Shown here: one piece after another, positions 39,253 to 51,999 of the stretch
Position numbering within the stretch: the stretch's first letter is position 1
How the letters are laid out: every line of letters begins with the position of its first letter
Assembly: GCF_001194135.2 (NCBI RefSeq)
Contig: NC_068988.1
Span: 36,952,300-37,016,299 of the forward strand
Direction: 5' to 3'
Length of the DNA: 64,000 bases
DNA from: Octopus bimaculoides
Taxonomy: Eukaryota
Position numbers and translations under genes: made by a program
The notes under the pieces: generated by a model
The model's input: the letters and a program-made list of their open reading frames with translations, nothing else
Told to the model about the DNA's origin: nothing
Database searches by the model: none

Positions 39253-40552
39253 GAGAAAGACAAAGAGGAAAATATTGATGCAATATATGAAATATACATA
39301 CATATACACATGTAAATATATATATATATAGAGATATATAAAGACAGAGAGAACCAAAAACTGAAAATATGCAAATGAACATTCATGTATAAGCACAAAT
39401 ATTTTTATATATTTGCATAACATATTTACACGAAGTTCAACAGATACAGAAAACTAATGGGAGAGAGCATAGTATTTTAGGTACGATAGTTGTTTCTGGG
39501 GGCCCAGAAGTGCGTAATAATTGTGATGTTGGAAGTTGAAGTGTGCAAAAAGTCAACAATATGCAACTAGAAGTGGATGCATATAAACGTTACCGTAAGC
39601 CCTACCAATCTCTTCACCCTGGAAATGGCAGCCAGATGTACGGTAATGCTTTGCAATCATTTGCTTATCTGACGTGTAGCGCACTTGTGCACTTGTACAA
39701 GAAAATGACGATCTGATGGATGGTGGGCAACGCATTAATTTGATCCTTATACACAAATCATTACAAAATTGTATGTAGGGTGTATGTATATGTGCATATG
39801 TATATTTGTGTGCTCATATATGTTTAGTATTGAAGTCCATTATTGACTCCGCATAACTGATTTGTAAATTGGTTCATTTTGCAATAATCACAAGTTCAAT
39901 TTTGCTGACCTCCTCTTTCCAGTTTCATAATCTTGTGAGCTGCATGGTGACCTCAGTCGGACTGGTGGCACAAAAAAAAAAGCATCCAATCTGTGTTGTA
40001 AACTGATTTGTTTTAAGATAATCCAGCCTTAGAAACCATGCCAAAGTACACATTGGAAAATGGTGCAGCTTTTTCTCCCATTGAAATCTGTAAAACCATC
40101 CAACCTTTATCAGCAATGGAGCATGGATGTTAAATGATAACTCTTCTTCACATAACTGTTTTCATTCTATCGCTTCTACTGCTCAATGCATCTGAGTGAA
40201 ACTGTTTATCAGATATTTCTTACCTGCTATCACTAGTTAAACTAAGCTCTTAATGACGAGTCCTTCACTTCTGACGTCGCTCTTTGTTACTCCTTAGTAA
40301 CCCTGTATAGGCTGACTGTATCATAGGAGATTCTTCATTGTCGTTTGGATTACAGTTACCATAACAACCTTTTATAAATCTCTGCTGGGGTTTTTTTTTT
40401 TGGGGGGGGGGGGTTAATAAGGTTTTAGTTGATTAACCAATTGAACTACCTGCTCATTGAATGACATTCCACCACTACCCTCACCTTTAATGAAATTCTC
40501 AAGTAGAATGAGCATGGCACTGTCAGTGATAAAACCAAACCATTAGATTACA

Positions 40553-41269
40553 GACGGGCAATGCTACAGAGGTGCCGTTCCCGTTTGGGATAAGCTCGCA
40601 AAACACGGTAAGCTTCAGTCGTCGACCTGTTCAAGATGCGGGGGAGACAGGGAAACCGTCCCTCACGCTTTTGTTCAGTGTCCGGAGATATCTGAAATGT
40701 GAGCTTATGCTGAACACCTGTTGTCCGGCGAAGGAAGAGAACAGCTGTCGACTGAGTCAATTATAAAAATTGACCCACCGGGAGTTTTAACAAACGAAGG
40801 TAAGAATTGTTTTCTTACGGTTGTAGCAATAGCGAAAGAGGCAGTATGGAAGACTAGGATAAAAGGAATTAAGACAGGCAACTTTATCTCTGGCCACAAT
40901 TTACGATCATTTTTTACTTTTCATTTGAAAAGGATGGTGTGGCTCGAGAAGAGATGTCAGTCGGAGTGTACGTTCCAAAAGAGATGGAAGCATGTTGCAC
41001 GAGTGTTGTGTATGCAAGGAACCGTGTGAATAGACGAAAAAAAAAAGAACAAAAAAGGTGCCAGCAATAGACCGGAGCTTGTGGGGTCGGAGCGTGTCCT
41101 GATCATCGCTTCAATTATATTGTCCCTGTATTGTTAATTTCATTCGATTTTTTATATATTTTATCTAATTGTTAAAAGTCATATTTTGTGTAAAATCATA
41201 CCGATTTACTGATCCCATCAGTTGTTCTATCCATATCTATGTTTAGCCCCTGGTGGGCAATAAAGAAAT
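40553..41269 (+). mobile_element. 3' fragment of a second L1/Tx1-like LINE copy with 3' UTR
   Basis: QCYRGAVPVWDKLAKHG..CSRCGGDRETVPHAFVQCP...PPGVLTNEGKNCFLTVVAIAKEAVWKTRIKGIKTGNFISGHNLRSFFTFHLK, clearly homologous to 16708-17288. The UTR ends TCTATGTTTAGCCCCTGGTGGGCAATAAAGAAAT. Confidence 0.9.
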
Positions 41270-41460
41270 TAGTATTTCGTCTGCCGCTACGTTCTGAGTT
41301 CAAATTCCGCCGAGGTCGGCTTTGCCTTTCATCCTTTCGGGGTCGATTAAATAAGTACTAGTTACGCACTGGGGTCGATATAATCGACTTAGTCCGTTTG
41401 TCTTGTCCTTGTTTGTCCCCTCTGTGTGTAGTCTCTTGTGGGCAGTAAAGAAATAATAAA
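41270..41460 (+). mobile_element. Core SINE lacking its A-box head, directly after the LINE 3' end
   Basis: AGTATTTCGTCTGCCGCTACGTTCTGAGTTCAAATTCCGCCGAGG...GCCTTTCATCCTTTCGGGGTCG...GTCCCCTCTGTGTGTAGTCTCTTGTGGGCAGTAAAGAAAT. Confidence 0.85.
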
Positions 41461-42049
41461 CAGTAATTTCACGTGTGACCCCCCTCTCCTGTAATTCAGT
41501 CAACAAGTTCCTTTATACTCTGTGATGCGGGGAAAATATTTGTAACAATGGTATGTATATTCAGTTACTTTTACGTTAATTCAACAAACAGGGATCGCAA
41601 TCCTGTAGTATTCATCGACGAAGTTGACAAAAGTCCTTTTCCTTTTTTATGTTAAATGTCAAATATATTTTAACGGGTTTCTTCACATGAAAATTCATCA
41701 TCTTTCAGTTTTGTAAATTTTGTCTGCTTAATGATAGAATCAATATCTGACATGAGGACCCATTTTAGATTTGGTGGGGCCAGGTATAATTTCTTTAGAG
41801 TACTTTACGATCACCGATATCATCGAACAAGTTTTTCTTTCTCGGAGATTAGTTCCATATCTTTTCACATCACATGCGCAGTCTTAAGACGATTGCCAGA
41901 TAAAATAAAAGCAGAATATAAATGTTCTAAACCGAACATAAATTACCAGTACAGAAAATAGCTCACATTAAACACAGACTTAAATGTTTAACATAGAATG
42001 AACCAGTATTTGAATGTTCTACCACATTCCGTATACATACATATATTCT

Positions 42050-42253
42050 TTTACTTGTTTCAGTCATTTAACTGCTGCCATGCTGGAGCATTGCCTTTAT
42101 TCCAAAGAATCGACACCAGGACTTATTCGTCGTAAGCCTAGTACGTATTCTATCGGTCTCTTTTTTCCGAACCGCTAAGTTACAGGAACGTAAATACACC
42201 GACATCGGTTAGCAAATGATGGTAGGGGACAAACACACACACACACGCAAACA

Positions 42254-42291
<38 letters not shown>

Positions 42292-43035
42292 CACACACAC
42301 ACATATANNNNNNNNNNNNNNNNNNNNNNNNNNNNNNNNNNNNNNNNNNNNNNNNNNNNNNNNNNNNNNNNNNNNNNNNNNNNNNNNNNNNNNNNNNNNN
42401 NNNNNNNNNNNNNNNNNNNNNNNNNNNNNNNNNNNNNNNNNNNNNNNNNNNNNNNNNNNNNNNNNNNNNNNNNNNNNNNNNNNNNNNNNNNNNNNNNNNN
42501 NNNNNNNNNNNNNNNNNNNNNNNNNNNNNNNNNNNNNNNNNNNNNNNNNNNNNNNNNNNNNNNNNNNNNNNNNNNNNNNNAACCGGTATTTCGTCTGCCG
42601 CTACGTTCTGAGTTCAAATTCCGCAGAGGTCGACGTTGCCTTTCATCCTTTCGGGGGCGATAAATTAAGTATTAGTTACGCACTGAGGTCGATGTAATCG
42701 ACTTAATCCCTTTGTCTGTCCTTGTTTGTCCCCTCTATGTTTAGAAATAAGAAACAATAGCACGCCGGGCGAAATGTTTAGTGGTATTTCGTTTGTTTTT
42801 ATGTTCTGAGTTCAAATTCCGCCGAGGTCCACTTTGCTTTTCCTCATTTCGGAGTCGATAAATTAAGTACCAGCTGCGTACTGGGATTGATCCATTCGAC
42901 TAGCCCCCTTCCCAGAAGTTTTGGGCCTTGTGCCTAGAGTAGAACAGAAAACACTTGCCGAAGGTGCCATACAGTGGGACTGAACCCCGGAATCATGTGG
43001 TTGGTAAGGAAGCTCCTTACCACACAGCCATACCT
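42050..43035. mobile_element. SINE cluster: minus-strand tail (42050-42225), two tandem core SINEs (+; 42585-42750 and 42755-42945), minus-strand head (42948-43035)
   Basis: Each block matches SINE head, core or tail motifs seen elsewhere in the window. The cluster is interrupted by a (CA)n tract and an N gap. Confidence 0.8.
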
Positions 43036-46000
43036 TCTTGATGTAATTTAAATGCACATACTGCAATGTGCATAAAAATATAAATTGAAAAGCATATGAA
43101 ATTTATGGAACTGTAAACTTGTTTTAATGCTTTTGTATTAATTAAATATTACTTATATAGCGTTTTATAAATTATATGCAAACCCGCCTCTCACTCTTGA
43201 AGAAAAAAACAGTTATTGGAATCTTTATTTATACAATTTGTATTAATTTTCTTTTCATAAAATAAGCCTATATTAAGATATATATTAAGTACTTTCTACG
43301 TAAAAAAAAGGTAAATTCTTAATGACTATTATGATATGCAAAAAAAAAAAACAACTATGCTCGAACCTCAACAAAGAAACCTGAATAATGAACACCACAA
43401 AATAAGCATTAATAGTATTTACTATTTAATTAAATAATCGTTGTCTTTTCCAGTCAAAGTGAGGTATACTTTGTCTTCATTTCTGTAGATTTAATATGAA
43501 TTTGTGCCTATTTTCTCAGTCTATTCTGACTTCAGAAGCTTTTGTCACTAAAATGATAGCATGCTAGACTCTTTGGCTATGACAGGGAAGAGGTATTGAT
43601 GTTAATGGTCCTCAACGAGCTTTAAGAAGATCGACATTTGTAAAGTTCCGTAAAACTGGAGGGGATGTTATAACTTCATTTTCCCATTTAATCAAATCAA
43701 CATAATCCTGTGCTTGATAGTTATTTTGTTTAATTTATAAGCAGATGCAATCAATCTCTCAATTTATAGATCTCTTCCCTCAAATCCAATGTAAGGAAAA
43801 ATAAAATTTGTCCCATACTGTTTGCACATTTGCAGCAACAATCCGGTAGCATTTTTTTGCTGTGGATGAAATTTTTGATGTCTATTCTTCAAGTTTCCTT
43901 ATGTATAAATAATGTCGGAATACATCAGCCTTTGATTGGGCCATTGGTGTAGAAGTTCTGCAGGAAATCCAAATCATGAATTGCGGCTTTTACTTCTTCT
44001 AGTTGCCATTATATAATTTTATATACTTAAATTATTACAGTTTAAATTTATGTAGGTACTTTTGTAAAATTATAATACTATTTGAAACTGTGCATACCGT
44101 GGAATTACAGTTCCTTAAACACGGTTGTTTCTCCTCCATCCCCTAATATATATCTATCTCAATCTCTCTNNNNNNNNNNNNNNNNNNNNNNNNNNNNNNN
44201 NNNNNNNNNNNNNNNNNNNNNNNNNNNNNNNNNNNNNNNNNNNNNNNNNNNNNNNNNNNNNNNNNNNNNNNNNNNNNNNNNNNNNNNNNNNNNNNNNNNN
44301 NNNNNNNNNNNNNNNNNNNNNNNNNNNNNNNNNNNNNNNNNNNNNNNNNNNNNNNNNNNNNNNNNNNNNNNNNNNNNNNNNNNNNNNNNNNNNNNNNNNN
44401 NNNNNNNNNNNNNNNNNNNNNNNNNNNNNNNATATATATATATATATAAAGTAAAGGTAAGACGCAAAGATCAAGGTGTAATTAGATAGCAAACTTCGAG
44501 GAGTCTGGAGAAGTTAGGAAAAGCAACTTTCAGCAAAATTGTGGTTTATTGACGTAAATGGCTGTAGAATTTTGCCGTATCGAATTTCGATAAGCTGAAA
44601 AGATTGTTCTATAACTTACGGTTAACAGCAGGGGTCGCTGTGTATGTAAATAGAAATCCAAAATTAAGGAATGGACTAGATAAAATCCAGGCTATATATG
44701 TTTCATAGCTAGCAGAACCTCGGAAGTAGTAAATATCCAATCGAGGGGTCATCCGCTCATTTCAGTCGAATCTCCTGTGAGTCAACATGGGAACTCTCGA
44801 CGACAATGTTAACTTCTTTTGATTAAAGTAACTTCAGCGTGATGAACAGCTCACAGCATTTGTTCCTACTATATGTTCTCTGAGTTCAAATACTGCCGAG
44901 GTCCAATTTCCCTTGACTCAATATGGTGTTGATCGATAGAACTGTATGAGCATCCGTTTGAATGTCTTATAGTATTTATATTCATTATAAAAGTTCGGAT
45001 TAAAAATTACATTAATTGAATAAGATATTGTCAGTTGAAAATGAATTCCAAGGTAAGTATTTTCTGACTGATATCCAGGGATAAAGAGTCCAGGATGTTC
45101 TACCTCAGTAGCCTAATGGTTTATCAAATTAAAGCAGAAACCATACACAACTTGAAGATGGGAGCGAAATAATTAACCTAGCAATTCATATTCGAACAAC
45201 CTTTATAATTTCAGGTAAGTAGGAAATTATAATGACATAACTGTTAGAAGATAGTGATATTTTTAAAATCCTATTTTATAATCTTTTTCTGTGCTTTGTA
45301 AAATTGAAGGAAATAAAGATGTCCCAGTAGATAAAATATTAGAAAATAGCAAAGGTAAAAAATATAAAAATGCTGGTAAGATTTTCTACCAAACTCTCAT
45401 TAAAGTCTCGTCATAACATTGAAGATATAATGTTCTGACATATAGAAAAGGATGTGTTAACAAAAGAGACAAGAAACTACTCAGCAGACTTTCCCATAAT
45501 ATTAAAAATAAGTGAAAAAGAAGACATTTAATTCAAACTAATAAGAAAATTTGAAAATGCTCCACACGGTTTAGAAATATACCTGTAATTATTTAAGCAT
45601 TGGGATATATAAGCAGCTGATTCAGCACCTATTTTATACAATGCTGGGATTCTCAACACCTGAAGTGATCCGATTCATTAAAGGATTAGAATTACAACCC
45701 TAAACAGAACTGTGATACAATATAAAACGTTCCTGAAGTAAGTGCTTATGCAGATGTGAAGACATACAAATACATATGTGCATATTCGAAAGCAAAAACA
45801 TACAAAATCACATAGGCAATGATATCTACGATTATACAAGTGCAAAGGCCTGCATATACATATATATATACATTATGCGGGGATACGTATATACATGCAT
45901 ACATACATAAGTGACTACCTCCTTTAACTTGTCTAAACACCAATAAATGTTTTGCTTGTGGATATAGAGATCGCCACTTTGTCTACAATTGAAAAATGAT

Positions 46001-47539
46001 GAAAAATTTGATAATTAGATGAACTTACACACACGCCCACACATACACACACGCACACATACATACATATGTGCATACACATGTGGTATGTATGTATACG
46101 TGCATGCGTACATACGTACTTACATTCAGACATCATTATATAAATACATTCATACATACAAGCCTTAATTTATACATATATAAAAATATTCAGACGGATA
46201 TACAGGCATGTATAATTACATAATTACACTGTATTTATGTAAGGTACAATACGCAGATACACGAGCCTAATGGGGAAAATATTGTCAATCTTATATTCAT
46301 AGCCATAATTATGTTACCAGTTATATTACATATAGCTGTTCGATTTATGTAATTTATCAGCCAAAAAATCTAAAAATGAGAAACCATAATCTACAAATGA
46401 TATAATTTGGATATTATTTTTCAGTAGATAATTGCAGAATACCATTTCCCAAAATTCTTCAAGTGAAAGAAGTTATTACATTGAAGATTATTCAAGATAT
46501 ATGTTTCTAGATTATACCTACGTTCTGCTCTTTGTGTGAGTGAATCGAAATAGACTAAAGCAAAATTAATTCCTGGTAGGTACACCGTATTTAGTTTTTT
46601 ATAACTATGTGTTCATATATATATGTGTTATGTATATGTGTGTGCGCACGTGCATGTGTGGGTGTGTATATGATGCAAATACAAATAAGACATACTACAG
46701 GAGGAACAACAAGCACGGACATAAATGGTTTTAGTTTAAAACAACAGTGCGTGCTTGATGTTTCGTAAGGTAGTCATTCAGCAGTAGAAAAAGGAAATTG
46801 AGCGTGGGTAACATAGAAAGAGTGACATGTAACGAAACAAGAAAAACGAAGAAGAAGAAGAAGTTATTTTTATTCTATCCGTGTGGTCGCTTTTAGTGAT
46901 GAGTATATCAGTGACTTTTCACAAGACATCGTGTTTGGTTGTTTGCTGCTTTGTTGTTTGTTGTTGCTAGTTTTTAATTCGTTACACCTCAGATGTTAGA
47001 CATCACTCACTTTTCCTCACTTGACCTAATCCTTCTCTTTTAATTTGTCCTGTCTTGTTTCACTAGTGATTAGTTCTAAAAGATTCCAGGGAACCGAGGC
47101 TCTTCTTAATCGAATATATTACCAGACCACAGTGCTAACTTCGAATATATTACCAGACCACAGTGCTTAAAACTTATATGTTGTTAGGTATACGTTTTCT
47201 ACTATCAGCTGAAAGGGCGATCTGTTTATTCTGTCCATAAAGTTGCTTCTAGTGATGACGATGATTGTGATGTTGCTTGAGGATATTCATTTACCGTGCG
47301 ATTTTGTTGTTTTCTGTCCTTGTTTTTGTTTTCTTAATCTATAGCCAAAGGACCAAAAGGGTTCCAGAAAGTAGTCGGAAGAACTGGCAAACTTCACCTG
47401 CTGTATATTGAAAGTATGATATTAAATGAGGTACGAATGACAAAAAAAGAACCAGGCTTCGGCTGGAGGGAATGATGTCGGTCAGTAAACCAAAACATCG
47501 AAATTAATGACAATCGTTTGTCTGGAAATTATATTCGTG

Positions 47540-47750
47540 TGTGAAGATCACATACGTCAGACAGCAGAGGACAAACGGAGACGCAGGAAGACCAAACCAC
47601 CGACAAACGACCAGCCGACCAACCACATTTGTGACCGTTGTAGCCGTGACTGTCACTCACGAATTGGCCTTGTCAGTCACAAACGTTGCTGCAACACCAA
47701 CCCAATCCAAGGCGCAGATTCACAGTCTTTTCAGACTAACGGATGCCAAC
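47540..47750 (+). mobile_element. RTE (BovB-like) LINE 3' end
   Basis: AEDKRRRRK...HICDRCSRDCHSRIGLVSHKRCC (C-terminal zinc-finger-like motif typical of RTE ORFs), followed by CAGTCTTTTCAGACTAACGGATGCCAAC. Confidence 0.8.
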
Positions 47751-47869
47751 CATATATACATATATATGTGTGTGTGTGTGTGTGTGTATACATATGTATG
47801 CATTCATCTATGCACACACACACACTCACACAAACACACGCGCACACACACACACACATACACACACAT

Positions 47870-47918
<49 letters not shown>

Positions 47919-49708
47919 NNNNNNNNNNNNNNNNNNNNNNNNNNNNNNNNNNNNNNNNNNNNNNNNNNNNNNNNNNNNNNNNNNNNNNNNNNNNNNNNNN
48001 NNNNNNNNNNNNNNNNNNNNNNNNNNNNNNNNNNNNNNNNNNNNNNNNNNNNNNNNNNNNNNNNNNNNNNNNNNNNNNNNNNNNNNNNNNNNNNNNNNNN
48101 NNNNNNNNNNNNNNNNNNNNNNNNNNNNNNNNNNNNNNNNNNNNNNNNNNNNNNNNNNNNNNNNNNNNNNNNNNNNNNNNNNNNNNNNNNNNNNNGTATG
48201 AACGCTGTGAAGCACGAACTTGAAAGGGACGAGGTGGTTCGTGTGTTTGCTCGGCGATAGCCAAGGAAGAAAAGGATTATTGACCGGAAGCATGTGACCA
48301 TGCCGGTGTAAAGGGAAGAGAGAGAGTGGTAGAGGGAGAAACAAAGAGAGGAAGTAGAAGAATAGGTGAGCAACGAGAGGAAAAGAGAAAGAGAGGAAAT
48401 ACGAGGGGGAAAAAAAGAGATACGTAGTAGTAACAGAGGAAGAACGAGAGGGGTAAAGCGAGATACGTAGTAGTAAAGAGGAAGAACGAGAGGGGGAAAA
48501 AAAGACAACTTCGTATTGCAGTTTTCCTTCTGTTAATTCATCAATTCGTCCCGTCTGAAAACTAATCATGTGGCTACATGAGTCATCCGCTTCTTCATGA
48601 AAGCATTCTATCATATATTACTTCGGCTGTATACAACAATTTTATTTGCCTGATAACTTACGTATGTCTAATTTATATTATTGCTCTACTATTATTTTCT
48701 GCACCCAGATGATATCTCTACAGCAACTCTGGGTAAAATCTTATACAAATTTCTATGTGAGAATATAGATAGATTTCATAATTTGTCAAGTGCCTGTACA
48801 TTTGTAATGAAAATATATGGGAAATTACTTGTAATAGCTATGCAAAGAAAAATGCATTACCTGCAATATCTTGCAGCTTGAGCTGGAACCCGGTGAAACG
48901 TAACTAAATCTTGAAAAGAATTGGTTTCACATCTTTTTGCCACAATGAATATAATAAAAATGTAGAGATGAACAAACCACACGAAAAGGTCACTGTAGTA
49001 GCCTGAAAAAGGAAAGAAAATTAATATGTGTTTTTCAATGTTAGTTACATGTTGGGTTTCAAAATTTATTCACGCCAATGTTGAGACTATATTACTCAAT
49101 GTTTAAGAAAACTTCATGTTAATGCCACAACACCGGTGAAATATATCAAATTCTAAATATCAACGTAATTACATTTTGATGTATTTGACGTACACTCACA
49201 TCCGGAAGGTAGAATATGAAGATAAGAGTGAACAATCTGGCAAAACCTATGAAACCGAGCGTAATCGCAATACAATCTCCTGTAGTTCAGGTCATCTGAA
49301 AAGAAAGGCAGTTCGTGTATGCTAAGTGCAGAAAGAGGAAGTAAATAAGATGTTATATGAAATATGTGTTATTGGCTAGCATATGCAACGGAGCGTAAGC
49401 ATTGACATATCGATGACTTAATTATATAAGATATGTTCCTAAAACTACTAATTAAAGTGGTGATTACGAATCAGACGAAACGACGCTGCTGTTAATTCAA
49501 TGTGATACATCAGCGCAGTAACACGAGATATATAACTTGTAGGAATTATATTTAAAACCTCAATATCTCGCACACCAAATTAACTTGTTATTTATTAACT
49601 CAGACTTGTATTTTACTCCCGGGCACAAATCATTTGAGGCGCATTGACAAACGAATGAAGGCAATAACAAAAGCACTCACAGACATATAAGTACAAACCG
49701 ATATATAT

Positions 49709-49741
<33 letters not shown>

Positions 49742-51960
49742 NNNNNNNNNNNNNNNNNNNNNNNNNNNNNNNNNNNNNNNNNNNNNNNNNNNNNNNNNNN
49801 NNNNNNNNNNNNNNNNNNNNNNNNNNNNNNNNNNNNNNNNNNNNNNNNNNNNNNNNNNNNNNNNNNNNNNNNNNNNNNNNNNNNNNNNNNNNNNNNNNNN
49901 NNNNNNNNNNNNNNNNNNNNNNNNNNNNNNNNNNNNNNNNNNNNNNNNNNNNNNNNNNNNNNNNNNNNNNNNNNNNNNNNNNNNNNNNNNNNNNNNNNNN
50001 NNNNNNNNNNNNNNNNNNNNNNNNNNNNNNNNNNNNNNNNNNNNNNNNNNNNNNNNNNNNNNNNNNNNNNNNNNNNNNNNNNNNNNNNNNNNNNNNNNNN
50101 NNNNNNNNNNNNNNNNNNNNNNNNNNNNNNNNNNNNNNNNNNNNNNNNNNNNNNNNNNNNNNNNNNNNNNNNNNNNNNNNNNNNNNNNNNNNNNNNNNNN
50201 NNNNNNNNNNNNNNNNNNNNNNNNNNNNNNNNNNNNNNNNNNNNNNNNNNNNNNNNNNNNNNNNNNNNNNNNNNNNNNNNNNNNNNNNNNNNNNNNNNNN
50301 NNNNNNNNNNNNNNNNNNNNNNNNNNNNNNNNNNNNNNNNNNNNNNNNNNNNNNNNNNNNNNNNNNNNNTATATATATATATATATATATATATACTAGC
50401 AAATACAGCCGTCCTTTGGGCGGTGTAATTATTTTAATGGTGCACTCCTGTGGACGGTTTAAGTTGAATTAGTCCGCAGTCAGAAGTTGTTTCAAGTTGA
50501 TAATCATAAAATTTATAATTAGCATTTTCGTTAGCCGTTTATATGGTATTAAGATACTTAGTTAATGAATAATTTTTTTTAATGCAAATTTGGCAGTTAG
50601 TAATAAATAAAAGTCCATAAAATGAGATCGCAATTGCAGTTGGTATTAGAGGTCTTATACCTTACTTGAAGCGTTTTGTATGATGTACTTTTTATTCTCG
50701 TAATACCTGACACAATCGCATTGAAGCATTTTTTTCAAAGTCATGTATGATAAAAAAAAAAGCAAACATTTCTAGCAAACACGCAAATAGAATAATAGCC
50801 TGCGCAAAGATAAATGTAAGAGCATGCTCATGAAACCATGTGGCCTCAGCAGCCACCATGACAAGATCACGCTTACTGTAAATGTATGAATCATTATGAT
50901 TTGTCAAATAGAATTATTGTTGGATGCCGAGCATAATCAGTCATCAGGTTGAGCACTAACTTATAACTGTTGACTGACTTTAGCAGAACAGACTCTACAG
51001 CAGCTATGAGATCAGCAGGTTTCCAGTCTAAGGTTATTTCCCTCGGTCTTTTTTCTACCAGTCTCAACGATCCTGAAACTCTTTATGAACTGTTTTCTGC
51101 TTAAGCTACAATAAATAAATTCATCAACACAAACTCCGTTTTCAATAAAAGTATTATTAATATACTGGCAGTTAATGGACTACCCTCCGTTTTCTATAAA
51201 GGTCTGGACTAATTCATATATAGGGAATGAATGGTGTTTTTTAGTGCACTAGAAATAGATTGATAGAATCATTAAAGCGTAGCTTTTAGTTAACTCACAT
51301 TACTTTCTGTATACAACTCACACCGGGATACTTGATATACTTCAGGGATTCAGCAATAACTTGCCAAACAGGTACGTGATACAACACGTGATTCAACACA
51401 CGCTACTCAAGAAATACGTGACGATATACCTATATTATCATTGTCTGTGTCATAGCATTTTGTCTTTAGGAAGAGGCAATATTTATTAGAGATATAAAGT
51501 ATGGTGAATGACAGAAATATTAGTTCAGATGAGGGTCTACGTTTTAGTCACATTCTTTCAACATCTATGTTTATATTCTACTAAGGTTGACTTTGGTAAT
51601 TATTTTTATCGATTTAAGAAAGAAGAAAAAGCAGTCGGATATTACAATTGATTTAATTTACAGAATCAGCACACGAATTTAGAACTTTTTTGCTAATTTT
51701 AGAAATCATTATTATTAATAAGCCGATGCGAATGAAGAAAATGTTGAAGACCTCAGTAAATGCTTTTAGTAATTGCTTACACTCGCTTTTTGTCACGAAT
51801 TCAAATCTCACTTAACTTGTCTTTGAATTTATCTCTCCAAGCTCAATAATATAATTACCCACCATGTATTATGTTAGTTAAATCGGTTCTATTTCTTCGA
51901 AAACAAATGCACCAACGGAAGAAATCTTTACACGCGCGCGCGCGCTCACGCACACACACA

Positions 51961-51999
<39 letters not shown>

